From assembly GCA_041750915.1 (NCBI GenBank), contig JBGSYJ010000290.1, positions 1 through 54,436 on the forward strand: a DNA stretch of 54,436 bases, written 5' to 3'. Both the position numbers and the translations under genes were made by a program. The notes beneath the pieces were generated by a model that made no database searches, was not told the origin of the DNA, and was given only the letters and a program-made list of their open reading frames with translations. Positions 19,924 to 29,243 of the stretch are shown here, one piece after another (positions within the stretch are counted from its first letter, which is position 1; each line of letters starts with the position of its first letter). Origin of the DNA: Thermoanaerobaculia bacterium. GTDB taxonomy: Bacteria; Acidobacteriota; Thermoanaerobaculia; Gp7-AA8.

Positions 19924-20598
19924 TCACTTCCAGATCACGACGTCTTCCGTAGGCTTTCGCCGGATATCGGGCACCCGGCACTCTTTCGCGGGATACCCCA
20001 CCGGTATGAGGAGGAACGGCTTTTCGTTGCTCGGCCGTTCGAGAATTTCGCGCAGAAATCCCATCGGGCTCGGTGTATGGGTCAGCGTTGCGAGACCTGC
20101 ATCGTGGAGAGCGGCCAGCAGAAAACCGCATGCGATGCCTACTGACTCTGCGACGTAATAGTTGTGGAGTTTTCGTCCGTCGTCCTCACGATAGTCTTCC
20201 CGGAAAACGACGATGAGCGCGGGTGCGATCTCGAGGAACTCCTTCCTCCAGTCCGTCTGCAGCGGTGCGAGCGCCTCGAGCCATTCTTTCGGCATGCGGC
20301 CCGAGTAGTTTTCCTTCTCTTCCTCTTCCGCTGCCTCTCGGATCCTCGATTTCAGTGATGGCTCCGTGACGACCACGAACTTCCACGGCTGAAGATTGGC
20401 GCCCGATGGCGCTGAGGCCGCGGCTGCGATTGCGTGCAGGAGCACCTCGCGCGGGATCGCGTCCGACGAGAAATCGCGAACCGACCTGCGAGTCGCGGCG
20501 ATCGATGCGAACCTTGCGGCGCGATCGATCATCTCGTGCTCAGACATCACCGCAGGCTGGTAAGGAACTGTAGGGAATTCGTTCGGTGATTTCGGCAT
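19924..20598 (-). CDS. Nitroreductase family, iodotyrosine deiodinase-like
   Basis: RRSVRDFS, APSGANLQPW, AEEEEKENY, ESVGIACG and LTHTPSPM motifs. Confidence 0.88.
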   Translation of the reverse strand: MPKSPNEFPTVPYQPAVMSEHEMIDRAARFASIAATRRSVRDFSSDAIPREVLLHAIAAAASAPSGANLQPWKFVVVTEPSLKSRIREAAEEEEKENYSGRMPKEWLEALAPLQTDWRKEFLEIAPALIVVFREDYREDDGRKLHNYYVAESVGIACGFLLAALHDAGLATLTHTPSPMGFLREILERPSNEKPFLLIPVGYPAKECRVPDIRRKPTEDVVIWK

Positions 20599-20619
20599 GC
20601 CTGATTGTCGCAGCGTTAC

Positions 20620-20723
20620 GGCGATAGTGTCATCCTGAGCGCAGCGAAGGATCCCCTGGGAGTGTTTCGATACTGCTTGAAAGGAAGGGGATCCTTCGCT
20701 GCGCTCAGGATGACACTATCGCC
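20620..20723. repeat. Family A palindromic element with extended perfect stem
   Basis: GGCGATAGTGTCATCC...GGATGACACTATCGCC. Confidence 0.9.
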
Positions 20724-20755
20724 CCTGCGCGGACCTCGAGTCGACCCACTGCGGG

Positions 20756-21793
20756 CTACGAAACGGCGCTTTCCGATCCCTGCTGAGTGTGAGTCTGCTC
20801 CCAGGTCTCGATCTCCGGAGAAAAGAGGGCCAGCCGCACGCGCTTCAGTTCCCGCGTCGGGTAGAGCGCGCTCCGCTCCTGATAGCCGGTCTCCTGTGCA
20901 ATCTCCTCGAGAACCGCGTCACATTCATCGACCGAGCGCCCGTGAACCGTGGTGAAGACGTTGTAGGGCCAGTCGGGATATGTGGGACGGAGGTAGCAGT
21001 GCGAAACGGCCTTGAACCCTGCCATCCGTGCACCGAAGTCGTCGGTCCGGTCCGGCGGGACGACCCAGACACCCATGGTCGTCGCGGAAAAGCTCGGTTT
21101 CCGGTTGTCTACGAGAGCGGAGAGCTTGCGCATCCGGCCGCTCTTCAGAAAACTGCGTGCCGCCTCCATCAACTCGTCACCCGAGGCGCCGATTGTTGAT
21201 GCGAGTGTGTCGAAAGGCCGTGGCTGAAGCGGAAGGTCGCGCTGGAGGAGGCGGATGAACTCCACTTCGCGTTTGTCCGGCGTAGCCGGTTCCTCCTGCG
21301 ATTCTTCGCTGCCGAGGTCGTTCGGCGGCTGATCGACGCCTTCGGCACTGCTGCTCTTGAGCAGCTTGAGCGTCGGCAGTAGGCGGAGTGTCCGGCACTG
21401 CGCTTCACGCCCGAGAATCTCGACCGTGTTCTCGAGTCCCAGCTTTGAATCCGGAGGGATTGAAATCGTGAACCAGAGATTGAAATCGTGGTTGCGAAGG
21501 TAATTCTGCGTTACGCCCGGATGAAGATTGATGATCGCGGCGCTGCGTTCGACGTCGTCGGCATCCACCTTCGCGGCGACAAGGCAGGACTGATATCCGA
21601 GTGAGCGGGGGATGAAGCCGGCCGAAATGCGGCGGACGACTCCCTCGCGCTTGAGCCGCTCAGTGCGCTTGATCACTTCCTTCTCGGACATGTCGAGCGA
21701 CTGGCCGATCAACGCGTATGGAGTGGACGCTAGAGGTACTTCGGACTGCAGAGCATTGACCAGGTCACGGTCACGGGCATCCATTTCAAGCAT
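20756..21793 (-). CDS. Fused siroheme decarboxylase AhbA/AhbB (NirDL/GH-like, tandem Lrp/AsnC folds)
   Basis: HPGVTQNYLR..FNLWFT and VSHCYLRP..WPYNVFT motifs; GGAGG before ATG 21793. Confidence 0.85.
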   Translation of the reverse strand: MLEMDARDRDLVNALQSEVPLASTPYALIGQSLDMSEKEVIKRTERLKREGVVRRISAGFIPRSLGYQSCLVAAKVDADDVERSAAIINLHPGVTQNYLRNHDFNLWFTISIPPDSKLGLENTVEILGREAQCRTLRLLPTLKLLKSSSAEGVDQPPNDLGSEESQEEPATPDKREVEFIRLLQRDLPLQPRPFDTLASTIGASGDELMEAARSFLKSGRMRKLSALVDNRKPSFSATTMGVWVVPPDRTDDFGARMAGFKAVSHCYLRPTYPDWPYNVFTTVHGRSVDECDAVLEEIAQETGYQERSALYPTRELKRVRLALFSPEIETWEQTHTQQGSESAVS

Positions 21794-21885
21794 AGTAACC
21801 CTCCGCAAAATCCCCATGTGTCGTCGCGTAGAACGGGGATTGTATGTGATCTGGTGCGGAGGTCAAAATCGGAGTTACAGGCCGG

Positions 21886-22317
21886 CTACCACGGCTCTCC
21901 CCGCGGAATCTGCGAGCTCCAGTCGGGCCGGAGCGAGAGACTCGGAGGGGCGGGCGAAAGGTCCGTTTGCCGGTCCCGCGCTCCCGCCTCCAGCGAGTCC
22001 GCGGTGAGCCCGCGGGCGATGGCGGCCTCGCGTCGCGCAGCCTCCAGTTCGACTCCGCAAAAGACAGAAGGAAAGGCGTCGAGCCGTCCGAGAGCCGCGT
22101 CGAACAGCCTCAGCGCGCCCGAGTAGTTCGACCGTCCCATGTGAAGGTACGCCGCAGCCAGCTGAATCAGGCCCTGCAGGAACTGACGGATCTCCGAGCT
22201 GGAAACGAGCCAGAGAACCTCCCACGACTCGTGAGCCTCCCAGTACTTCCCCGCATTGAAGTGCTCAACCCCCTCCGCGAAGTGAAATTCAAACGGCGGA
22301 AGCTCTTCACTCTTCAC
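21886..22317 (-). CDS. DUF309 family protein
   Basis: FNAGKYWEAHESWEVLW..LQGLIQLAAA. Confidence 0.9.
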   Translation of the reverse strand: MKSEELPPFEFHFAEGVEHFNAGKYWEAHESWEVLWLVSSSEIRQFLQGLIQLAAAYLHMGRSNYSGALRLFDAALGRLDAFPSVFCGVELEAARREAAIARGLTADSLEAGARDRQTDLSPAPPSLSLRPDWSSQIPRGEPW

Positions 22318-23320
22318 TCTTCTGTATCTCGCTGATCAGCGCGCTCGTGAACGTGGTCGTCGATGCTGTGCCGCCCAGATCGCGCGTACGCACCTCGCCT
22401 CTCTCGAGCACCGTGAGCAGCGCCTTGAAGATACGGTCGGCCGCTTTCTCTTCTTCGATATGCCGGAGCATCAGAATGCCCGACTGAAGAAGCGCCATCG
22501 GGTTCGCGCGGTTCTGGCCCGCGATGTCAGGGGCGCTTCCGTGCACCGCTTCGAACACCGCTCCGTTCTGTCCATGGTTTGCGCCGGCGACGACTCCAAG
22601 ACCGCCGACGAGTCCTGCGCAGAGGTCGGAGACGATATCTCCGTAGAGGTTCTCGAGGAGAAGCACATCGTATTCCTGCGGTCGGACCACGAGCTGCATG
22701 CAGAGGTTGTCGACGATCTTGTCGTCCGCTTCGATCTCCGGATAGTGGACGGCCATGTCGCGGAAACAGCGCAGAAAGAGCCCGTCCGAGAGTTTCATGA
22801 TGTTTGCCTTGTGCACCGCCGTCACTCTCTTGCGGCCATGCAGACGGGCGTACTCGAAGGCAAATTTCGCGATGCGCGTCGACGCCTTCTCCGTGATGAT
22901 CTTCAGCGACTCGACCACACCCGGAACGACCTCGTGCTCGAGCCCGCTGTAGAGGTCCTCGGTGTTTTCACGGACCACGATCAGGTCGACGTTCTTGAAA
23001 CAGGTTTCGATGCTCGGCAGATTGCTGACCGGACGGAGGTTCGCGTAAAGGTCGAGGATCTTCCGAAGCCGGACATTGATCGAAGTGAACCCCTCTCCAA
23101 TCGGCGTCGTCACTGGGCCTTTCAGCGCGACCTTGTTCTTCAAAATCGAGTCGATCACTTCCTGCGGCAGCGGGTCGCCATGAAGAGCCAGCGCCTCGGC
23201 TCCCACGACGTACGTTTCCCACTCGATCTCCACTCCAGTGGACTCGATGATTGCAACGACAGCGGCTGTGACTTCGGGTCCGATTCCATCTCCGGGAAGA
23301 AGCGTAATGGTGTGCTTCAA
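22307..23320 (-). CDS. Isocitrate/isopropylmalate dehydrogenase family (NAD-IDH-like)
   Basis: GDGIGPEV, RENTEDLY, HKANIMK, NLYGDIVSD and EAVHGSAPDIAG motifs. Confidence 0.92.
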   Translation of the reverse strand: MKHTITLLPGDGIGPEVTAAVVAIIESTGVEIEWETYVVGAEALALHGDPLPQEVIDSILKNKVALKGPVTTPIGEGFTSINVRLRKILDLYANLRPVSNLPSIETCFKNVDLIVVRENTEDLYSGLEHEVVPGVVESLKIITEKASTRIAKFAFEYARLHGRKRVTAVHKANIMKLSDGLFLRCFRDMAVHYPEIEADDKIVDNLCMQLVVRPQEYDVLLLENLYGDIVSDLCAGLVGGLGVVAGANHGQNGAVFEAVHGSAPDIAGQNRANPMALLQSGILMLRHIEEEKAADRIFKALLTVLERGEVRTRDLGGTASTTTFTSALISEIQKSEE

Positions 23321-23398
23321 GATGTCTCCTCGCTTGTGTAACGCATGCGAATGAATGGCGAAGACGAAGGTCTGCTCCGAAGCTTCAGTCTTCGCCCT

Positions 23399-24349
23399 TC
23401 ATTCGCGGTCAAATTTCATCGGAAAGCCTTCGAGCTTGACTCCGTATTCCGGCAGCGCCTCGAGACAACGCTCGATCGTACGGAGGGTCGACGGAATGAA
23501 GTCGAGATAGTGGTCGCGTCCGCGCGTCAGTGCCTGTCGCGCGAACGTACCCAGGATCTTGAGGGAGCGCTGCAGGAGAGTTTCGAAATATCTGTTCGTA
23601 ATCGAGCTATCTGCCGCGCTCTGTCGCCGGTAATAATCGAGAAGCTCCATCTCGGATTCCCGGCCCAGGATCTCGCCGACGCCGCGGTCGCGGAGGAGGG
23701 AGGCGAGGTCATACGTGTCAGGACCCATTCTGAGGTCCTGATAATCGATTATAAAAAGATCATTATTAACAGTGTGAATATTCTGTCCATGGTAATCGCG
23801 ATGGCATAGAACATATGGATGATGTGTAATATTATTGCAGATCTCGTTCATGGCGGAGACGAGTGAGGGTCCTGCCGCGCTGCCCATCAGCCCCTGAACG
23901 TAGAACTCGAGAGTCATCTCCAGCTCGAGTGCAAACGTGGAAGCGTCGAAAGGCGGATTGAGCTCCCGCGCAGCCTGCGGCGACTTCTGAAAGCTCACGA
24001 GAAGGTCGATGGCTTCGTGGTAGAGCCGCAGTCCCTGCTCCCTGTCGCGGTGAAGGATGTCGAACAGAGTCTCGTCGCCGACATCCCTCTGGAGCACGGC
24101 AATATCGCAGTGATGGATGACTTCCGGGATGCGGGCGTTCGCGGCGATGGCGTCGTGTGCTCCCAGGAACCGGCGCAGCTGATTCCGGACCTCTTCGGGA
24201 TAGTAGGCGAGCATGTAGCGCTCATCTCCCGAAAGAATTCTGTAATACGCGCGCACCGATGCGTCGCCCCTCAGTGGATTGACGGACCAGCCGGTGCCAA
24301 GCCACTCGGAGACGAAATCGGAGGCGTCCTGAGGGAGATGCGAGGTCAT
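23399..24349 (-). CDS. APH-family phosphotransferase, AmgK-like (MurNAc/GlcNAc anomeric kinase)
   Basis: GDASVRAYYR, HRDYHGQN, IDYQD, YDLASLLRD and QRSLKILGTF motifs. Confidence 0.85.
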   Translation of the reverse strand: MTSHLPQDASDFVSEWLGTGWSVNPLRGDASVRAYYRILSGDERYMLAYYPEEVRNQLRRFLGAHDAIAANARIPEVIHHCDIAVLQRDVGDETLFDILHRDREQGLRLYHEAIDLLVSFQKSPQAARELNPPFDASTFALELEMTLEFYVQGLMGSAAGPSLVSAMNEICNNITHHPYVLCHRDYHGQNIHTVNNDLFIIDYQDLRMGPDTYDLASLLRDRGVGEILGRESEMELLDYYRRQSAADSSITNRYFETLLQRSLKILGTFARQALTRGRDHYLDFIPSTLRTIERCLEALPEYGVKLEGFPMKFDRE

Positions 24350-24376
24350 GACGAGTGACGAGTGACGAGTGACGAG
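24349..24376. repeat. Heptamer tandem repeat TGACGAG x4
   Basis: Directly abuts the start codon of the amgK-like gene. Confidence 0.85.
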
Positions 24377-24431
24377 CAGGACTGCCGGCCAGCAGCGTCG
24401 CCGCTGACCGGCAGTGGATCGAGGGGCGGCT

Positions 24432-25121
24432 CTATGGCGTCGCCGTGCCGAGCTCGGCGGGAGTGCCTTCGCGAACCACTGCACGATCGATCGCGACGGG
24501 ATCGTTCGGCCGGTCGTTCGCTCCCTTCGGTGCGGAGACGATCTGGTCGGCGACGTCCATGCCGCTCAGCACCTCACCGAACACGGTGTAGTTGTTGTCG
24601 AGAAATCCCGAGTCCGCGACGACGATGAAGAACTGCGACGATGCGCTGTTCGGATCGTTCGATCGCGCCATCGAGAGAATGCCGCGGCGGTGCGGAGTCG
24701 GATTGAACTCAGCTGCGACGTTCTTCCCCGAGCCGCCGGTGCCCCAGCGTGAGGTGTCGGCTTCCTTCGTGAGCGGGTCCCCTCCCTGAATCATGAATCC
24801 GGGGATCACCCGATGAAACTTCGTTCCGTTGTAGAACCCCGTCTCCGCGAGGTCGACGAAATTGCGCACATGATTCGGCGCCCGGTCCGGGAACGTCCGG
24901 ACGGTGATGACCCCTTTGCCAGTGTGAAGTTCTACGACCTTGTTTGCGTATTCGCTCATTGGCTTCTCCTGTGGTGCAGCCGCCGGAGTGACCGCCGCTA
25001 TCGGTGTGGACTGTACTGTAGGCGTTGGTTCAGGGATCGTACTTTCCGCCTGATCGGACCCCGGCGCCGAACATGCGCACACGACCAGAAGCGGAACCAG
25101 TGCATGAAAAAGCTTCTTCAT
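24432..25121 (-). CDS. Cyclophilin-type peptidyl-prolyl isomerase, lipoprotein
   Basis: FHRVIPGFMIQGGDP, LSMAR, SQFFI and YTVFG motifs; GGAGG RBS; lipobox-like Cys. Confidence 0.95.
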   Translation of the reverse strand: MKKLFHALVPLLVVCACSAPGSDQAESTIPEPTPTVQSTPIAAVTPAAAPQEKPMSEYANKVVELHTGKGVITVRTFPDRAPNHVRNFVDLAETGFYNGTKFHRVIPGFMIQGGDPLTKEADTSRWGTGGSGKNVAAEFNPTPHRRGILSMARSNDPNSASSQFFIVVADSGFLDNNYTVFGEVLSGMDVADQIVSAPKGANDRPNDPVAIDRAVVREGTPAELGTATP

Positions 25122-25180
25122 GAATCCTCCAAGATGATTTTGCCGTGCAGGTTCGCCCGGCCGCGCTATTTAAGCACAAT

Positions 25181-25576
25181 CCCTGCCCCCTCCCGACCAG
25201 TTCTGAGTTCTGAGTTCTGAGTTCTGAGTTCCCACCCTGCCCCCGCCCGACCAGTTCTGAGTTCTGAGTTCTGAGTTCTGAGTTCTGAGTTCTGAGTTCT
25301 GAGTTCTGAGTTCTGAGTTCCCGCCCAGCCCCCCTCCCGACCAGTTCTGAGTTCTGAGTTGTGAGTTCTGAGTTCCCACCCTTCTCCCCTCCGCCGGTTC
25401 TGAGATGTGAGTTGTGGGTTCTGAGTTCCCACCCACCCCTCCGGGCGTCCGCAGGATTTGTGAGACAAGTGGGCGGGGGAACTAAGAACTTAACCACTCG
25501 GACCCGGGCGGAAGTGCGAAGGGCGGGTGGGAACTCAGAACTCAGAACTCACAACTCAGAACCGGCGGGAGGGCGG
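25181..25576. repeat. Higher-order heptamer array: four AGTTCTG blocks (x4, x9, x4, x4 degenerate) with C-rich spacers, plus one inverted block
   Basis: Blocks at 25199, 25253, 25343 and 25396; inverted block at ~25522-25576. Confidence 0.92.
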
Positions 25577-25582
25577 TAGGCC

Positions 25583-27220
25583 TCACTGCCGCGGGGGCAA
25601 CACCACCATCTGCGGCGTGTTCTCCGAGCGGACGTGCACGTTGCCGTCCTCGGCCATGAGCGTCACCTTCTGTCCGCCGCCGTTGAACTTCCCGACGCCG
25701 CGGATTCTGGTCCGGCCTCCAACCTGATCGCGAATGATCGACAGCCCAGGGAGCTGTGACTGGATCCGGTTCGCGACGTCCGAAGAGGTGATGATCGTGA
25801 TGTCGACGTCTGCTGCGAATCCGGGCGGCACGTTCAGCACGATATTGCCGTCAACGCTCCTGAGGTTCACGGTCTGCGACCGCACCGTGCGATCGAGCGT
25901 CAGGCTGATGTCGCCCGACTTGGTTTCCGCGTTGACTCGCGACGTGGCGTTCTGAAGGATGATGTCGCCTCCCCCGGAGTGCAGTGTGATCGGGCCTCCC
26001 GCGTGAACGACATGTACGTTTCCGCCATCCGTGGAGATGCTCCCGCCTTTCCTGGCTGCGCGGACATGAACGTGTCCAGCCGCAGTGCTGGCCGTGAGCA
26101 CGCCGTGGATGTCACCGAGGTTCAGCGGGCCGCCGAGCGAACTTACGTCGCAGCTTCCTCCGACGCGGCCGATCACGATCTCGCCTGCGCGCGTCGTGAT
26201 GTCTGCATTGCCGCGAACCTCGCCCAGAAAGACGTTCCCGAGGGATGTTTCAAACTTGTAATTGCCATTGATCAGGTTCCGCTGTGCAACGAACGAGCTC
26301 GCTGTCGGCGGCTGGACGAGGAGAGTATCGGAGACCCTCTGGAGCGACGGAGTCACGTCTTCCTGAGGCATCGCACTGCCCGGCCTTCCCTGAGTCGATG
26401 CCAGCAGCGACTGCATCGGCAGACCCTCGGCTCCGACCGACACACGCCCCGTCATCGTCACCGTCTGTAGAATCGGCGAGGTGCCGCCGTTAACGCTTGC
26501 ACGGTAGACGGTGGCGCCGGGGTGCCGGCTGAAGCCGCCGCGAAGAGGCAGCGATGTCAGGAAATCTCCCTTGAGCGTCTCCGCATGCCAGGTGAAGGAA
26601 GCATCACTCGGCGTCGTGACCTGGATGTGGCCGTTGACCGTCGACAGAATCGCGTTCACGGTAGGCGGCAGCTTGTACGTCGCGTAGATGTCTCCGTTCA
26701 CGCTGTCTGCCCGGATCAGCCCGATGACCGAATTCAGATGAATCGGTCCCGTCATGTTCCGGACGTTCACGTTGCCGGAGATCCTCGAGATGCTGATTCC
26801 TTCACTGCTTCTGCTCACGACGTTGACGTGAACGCTGCGGGGCACCTTGATGAAGTAGGAAACGGACACGCTCCAGCTCTGATCGCGCGATGGCTGGACG
26901 ATGACCGAGCGCAGAAGGCGATTCTCGGGAGTGCCTCCCAGGTAGATCTGGGTCTGCCGCCGTCCCTCCGCGATCGCGGCGTCGTCGACACCGGTGACGA
27001 CCCAGTTGGCCGTGATGTCGAGAACGCTTTCGGACGTTCCCTCGACGTTCACGGCTCCGAGTGGATTCTCGATGACGAGAGTTCCCCTGGGGTCGAACGC
27101 AACCTGCTTGTTGAGTTTCTGCGCGAAGCTCCGCCGCTGCTGCGCTTCGGCCGCGGTGTTCGCGAGGCCGAGCACTACGAGCGCCAGAAGCGCCGGGTGC
27201 AGTAGATGCTTCGGTTTCAT
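25583..27220 (-). CDS. Secreted DUF4097-type beta-strand repeat protein (two repeat domains)
   Basis: Signal peptide; recurring (S/T)xxGxI repeats. Confidence 0.8.
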   Translation of the reverse strand: MKPKHLLHPALLALVVLGLANTAAEAQQRRSFAQKLNKQVAFDPRGTLVIENPLGAVNVEGTSESVLDITANWVVTGVDDAAIAEGRRQTQIYLGGTPENRLLRSVIVQPSRDQSWSVSVSYFIKVPRSVHVNVVSRSSEGISISRISGNVNVRNMTGPIHLNSVIGLIRADSVNGDIYATYKLPPTVNAILSTVNGHIQVTTPSDASFTWHAETLKGDFLTSLPLRGGFSRHPGATVYRASVNGGTSPILQTVTMTGRVSVGAEGLPMQSLLASTQGRPGSAMPQEDVTPSLQRVSDTLLVQPPTASSFVAQRNLINGNYKFETSLGNVFLGEVRGNADITTRAGEIVIGRVGGSCDVSSLGGPLNLGDIHGVLTASTAAGHVHVRAARKGGSISTDGGNVHVVHAGGPITLHSGGGDIILQNATSRVNAETKSGDISLTLDRTVRSQTVNLRSVDGNIVLNVPPGFAADVDITIITSSDVANRIQSQLPGLSIIRDQVGGRTRIRGVGKFNGGGQKVTLMAEDGNVHVRSENTPQMVVLPPRQ

Positions 27221-28227
27221 CAGAGGTTGATCTGGCTCAGCGCTTCCGCAGCTTTGACCCGCACATAGAGATTCTCGTCGGGTTGCGAGGCCTTCTCACG
27301 CAGCATGTCGACCGTGGCGGGATCGTACGAATCACCCGATTTCGCGAGATTCGCCAGAGCTTCGATCGCCTTGATGCGAACGGCCGGATTCGGATCGTTT
27401 CTCAGCGCTTCGATCAGCGCGAGACGGGCTTCCGGAGCAGATGCCGGCGGAATGTCATTGAGCGTTTCCACGGCCTTGATGCGCACGCCTTCATGCGTAT
27501 CGTTCTTGAGCACATTCGCGAGGGCTTTCACGATGGCCGGATCGGCCACACCGCGGCTTCCGTACGTTTCACGGACCCACTCGATCGTGTCCGATCGCGA
27601 CAGGTTCGGGTTGTCGTGGTTCTGCAGAACGTAAGACAGGAGACTGACGAGACTCTTGTCCTCCGGCTTCCCGGTGACCGTTACGTGAGAGGTGACGTCG
27701 AAAGCGATTCCGACATCGCCCGAGCCGCTCTTGGCCTCGAGGAATCGAACGTTCTGGATCTGGGGACGCCCCTGGATCTCGGGCGACACATCGGATGCGG
27801 GCAGGACTCTCGTCTCCGCGATCGAGAAGGGAAGACTCGACACGCCGTCGATGCTCGCGGCCGTCTGGTATTCCGGAACGCTGGTCCGCTGCCCCAGGAA
27901 GAATGATCCGCCCACGAGCACGACCACGGCGGCGGCCTGGCTGAGCCAGCGCGCGATGGGACGGTGGCGGAATGCGACCACCGGCGCAACGGGTGCAACC
28001 GGCGAGAGCTTCTCGATCTCCGCGGCAAACCGGGCCTTTGCCCGTGCGGGAACGGCGACTTCCGGCAGCTCTCCCAGGATGCGCCATGTGTCGCGGTAGG
28101 CGATCCATTCGAGCTGGCAGCTTTCGCAGTCCTCGATATGACGGTGCGTTTCTTCACGGCCTGCCTTGTCGATCGTCTCGGTGAGCAGATCGGGCAGCCG
28201 TTCCTTCAGTGCAGTGCAGTCAACCAT
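27220..28227 (-). CDS. Zinc-finger (HxxxCxxC) anti-sigma factor with TM and HEAT repeats
   Basis: HIEDCESC; TM helix; NDTHEGVRIKAV / NDPNPAVRIKAI repeats. Confidence 0.85.
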   Translation of the reverse strand: MVDCTALKERLPDLLTETIDKAGREETHRHIEDCESCQLEWIAYRDTWRILGELPEVAVPARAKARFAAEIEKLSPVAPVAPVVAFRHRPIARWLSQAAAVVVLVGGSFFLGQRTSVPEYQTAASIDGVSSLPFSIAETRVLPASDVSPEIQGRPQIQNVRFLEAKSGSGDVGIAFDVTSHVTVTGKPEDKSLVSLLSYVLQNHDNPNLSRSDTIEWVRETYGSRGVADPAIVKALANVLKNDTHEGVRIKAVETLNDIPPASAPEARLALIEALRNDPNPAVRIKAIEALANLAKSGDSYDPATVDMLREKASQPDENLYVRVKAAEALSQINL

Positions 28228-28787
28228 CGGGTCCCTCCGCCCGCGTCACTTGCGAGCGTTTTCTTCAGTGTTTCCATCGCGCGGAAGACTCGGGTCTTCA
28301 CGGCGCCTTCCGAACATCCGGAAATTTCGGCAATCTCGGCATACGACAAGCCCTGGTATCGGGAGAGGAGGATGGCCTCGCGCTGCTCGGGAGTCAGGGC
28401 GGCAAGCGCGTTCTGCACCCGGATCTCGTCCTCACGCCGTTCCAGGTTTCGATCAGGGCCATGTTCCCTCGGGGAGGGAAGCATGATCAGCGTCTCCTCG
28501 GATTCCTTCGCTTTGTTGTCGGCCTTCCTCAGATAGTCACGGCAATGATTGGCAGTGATGGAAAACAGCCACGTGGAGAGCTTTGCGTCCCCATGAAACT
28601 GTTTTGCATGCTTGAGCATCTTCACAAACACTTCCTGCGTGGCATCTTCGGCAGCTTCGCTGTTCTTGAGGAACCGGTACGCGAAGTTGTAGATCCGCCC
28701 GCTGTAACGGTCAAAAATCTCGGCTGCCGGGGAGAAGTCGCCACTCTGAACGAGCTTCATCAAATCCTGGTCGCTCAGGTGCTTCAT
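28206..28787 (-). CDS. ECF RNA polymerase sigma factor
   Basis: AEDATQEVF, STWLFSITAN, LSYAEIAE and AVKTRVFRA motifs. Confidence 0.93.
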   Translation of the reverse strand: MKHLSDQDLMKLVQSGDFSPAAEIFDRYSGRIYNFAYRFLKNSEAAEDATQEVFVKMLKHAKQFHGDAKLSTWLFSITANHCRDYLRKADNKAKESEETLIMLPSPREHGPDRNLERREDEIRVQNALAALTPEQREAILLSRYQGLSYAEIAEISGCSEGAVKTRVFRAMETLKKTLASDAGGGTRWLTALH

Positions 28788-28927
28788 CCCTGCCGTTCTC
28801 TCTGCTTGGACGGATTCATGTCGGAAAAGTTACGTCCCTGACACCGGAAAGGTTGGCGGTTGGAGGGCGTTAGCCCCAAAGAAACAACGAAGCAGCCATA
28901 TCCATTGCCCGGCGGGCGAGCTGCATT

Positions 28928-29089
28928 CCCCTCTCCCCGTGTGAACGGGGAGAGGGGCAAGGGGTGAGGGGCCGTGCATGGAACTCGTATGCAGGCGATC
29001 GCCCGAGAAGCGGCAAGCCCTCAACGCCCCTCTCCCGGCGCGCGAGCATCTCGCAAGTCACTGACATCAGAGCGGATGCCGCGCGCCAC
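28928..29089. repeat. Family E element (CCCTCTCCC..GGGAGAGGG type), left end plus internal segment; right end missing
   Basis: First 32 nt are identical to 54259; 29027..29089 matches 51567..51629 at 56/63. Confidence 0.85.
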
Positions 29090-29102
29090 GATGCCACCGT
29101 TC

Positions 29103-29236
29103 GTAGCGGGACATTCCGATGTCCCGTACCCGAGGGAGTGACTCGGCACGAAGGTTGGAGCATTCATACCGCGCCTTAGCGCCATATCGTGGCACTCTCA
29201 CGATCCCGAAATAGGGCGGATCGGAATCCGCCGCTA
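29103..29236. repeat. Family F REPIN-like element (GTAG-headed REP pair)
   Basis: GTAGCGGGACATTCCGATGTCCCG ... GGCGGATCGGAATCCGCCGCTA; direct copy at 30333. Confidence 0.85.
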
Positions 29237-29243
29237 GGACGCC

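Noticed and set aside
23734-23761. dif site (GGTCCTGATAA-TCGA-TTATAAAAAGA)
   Set aside because: The spacer is 4 rather than 6 bp and the XerD arm TTATGTTAAAT is not matched.
25181-25440. CRISPR array
   Set aside because: The units are variable-length heptamer runs and the spacers resemble each other; no cas genes are present.
25030-25497. ORFs with NSELRTQ or SLFTLHS repeats (also 40346..40824 and 43808..44116)
   Set aside because: Translations of non-coding heptamer arrays.
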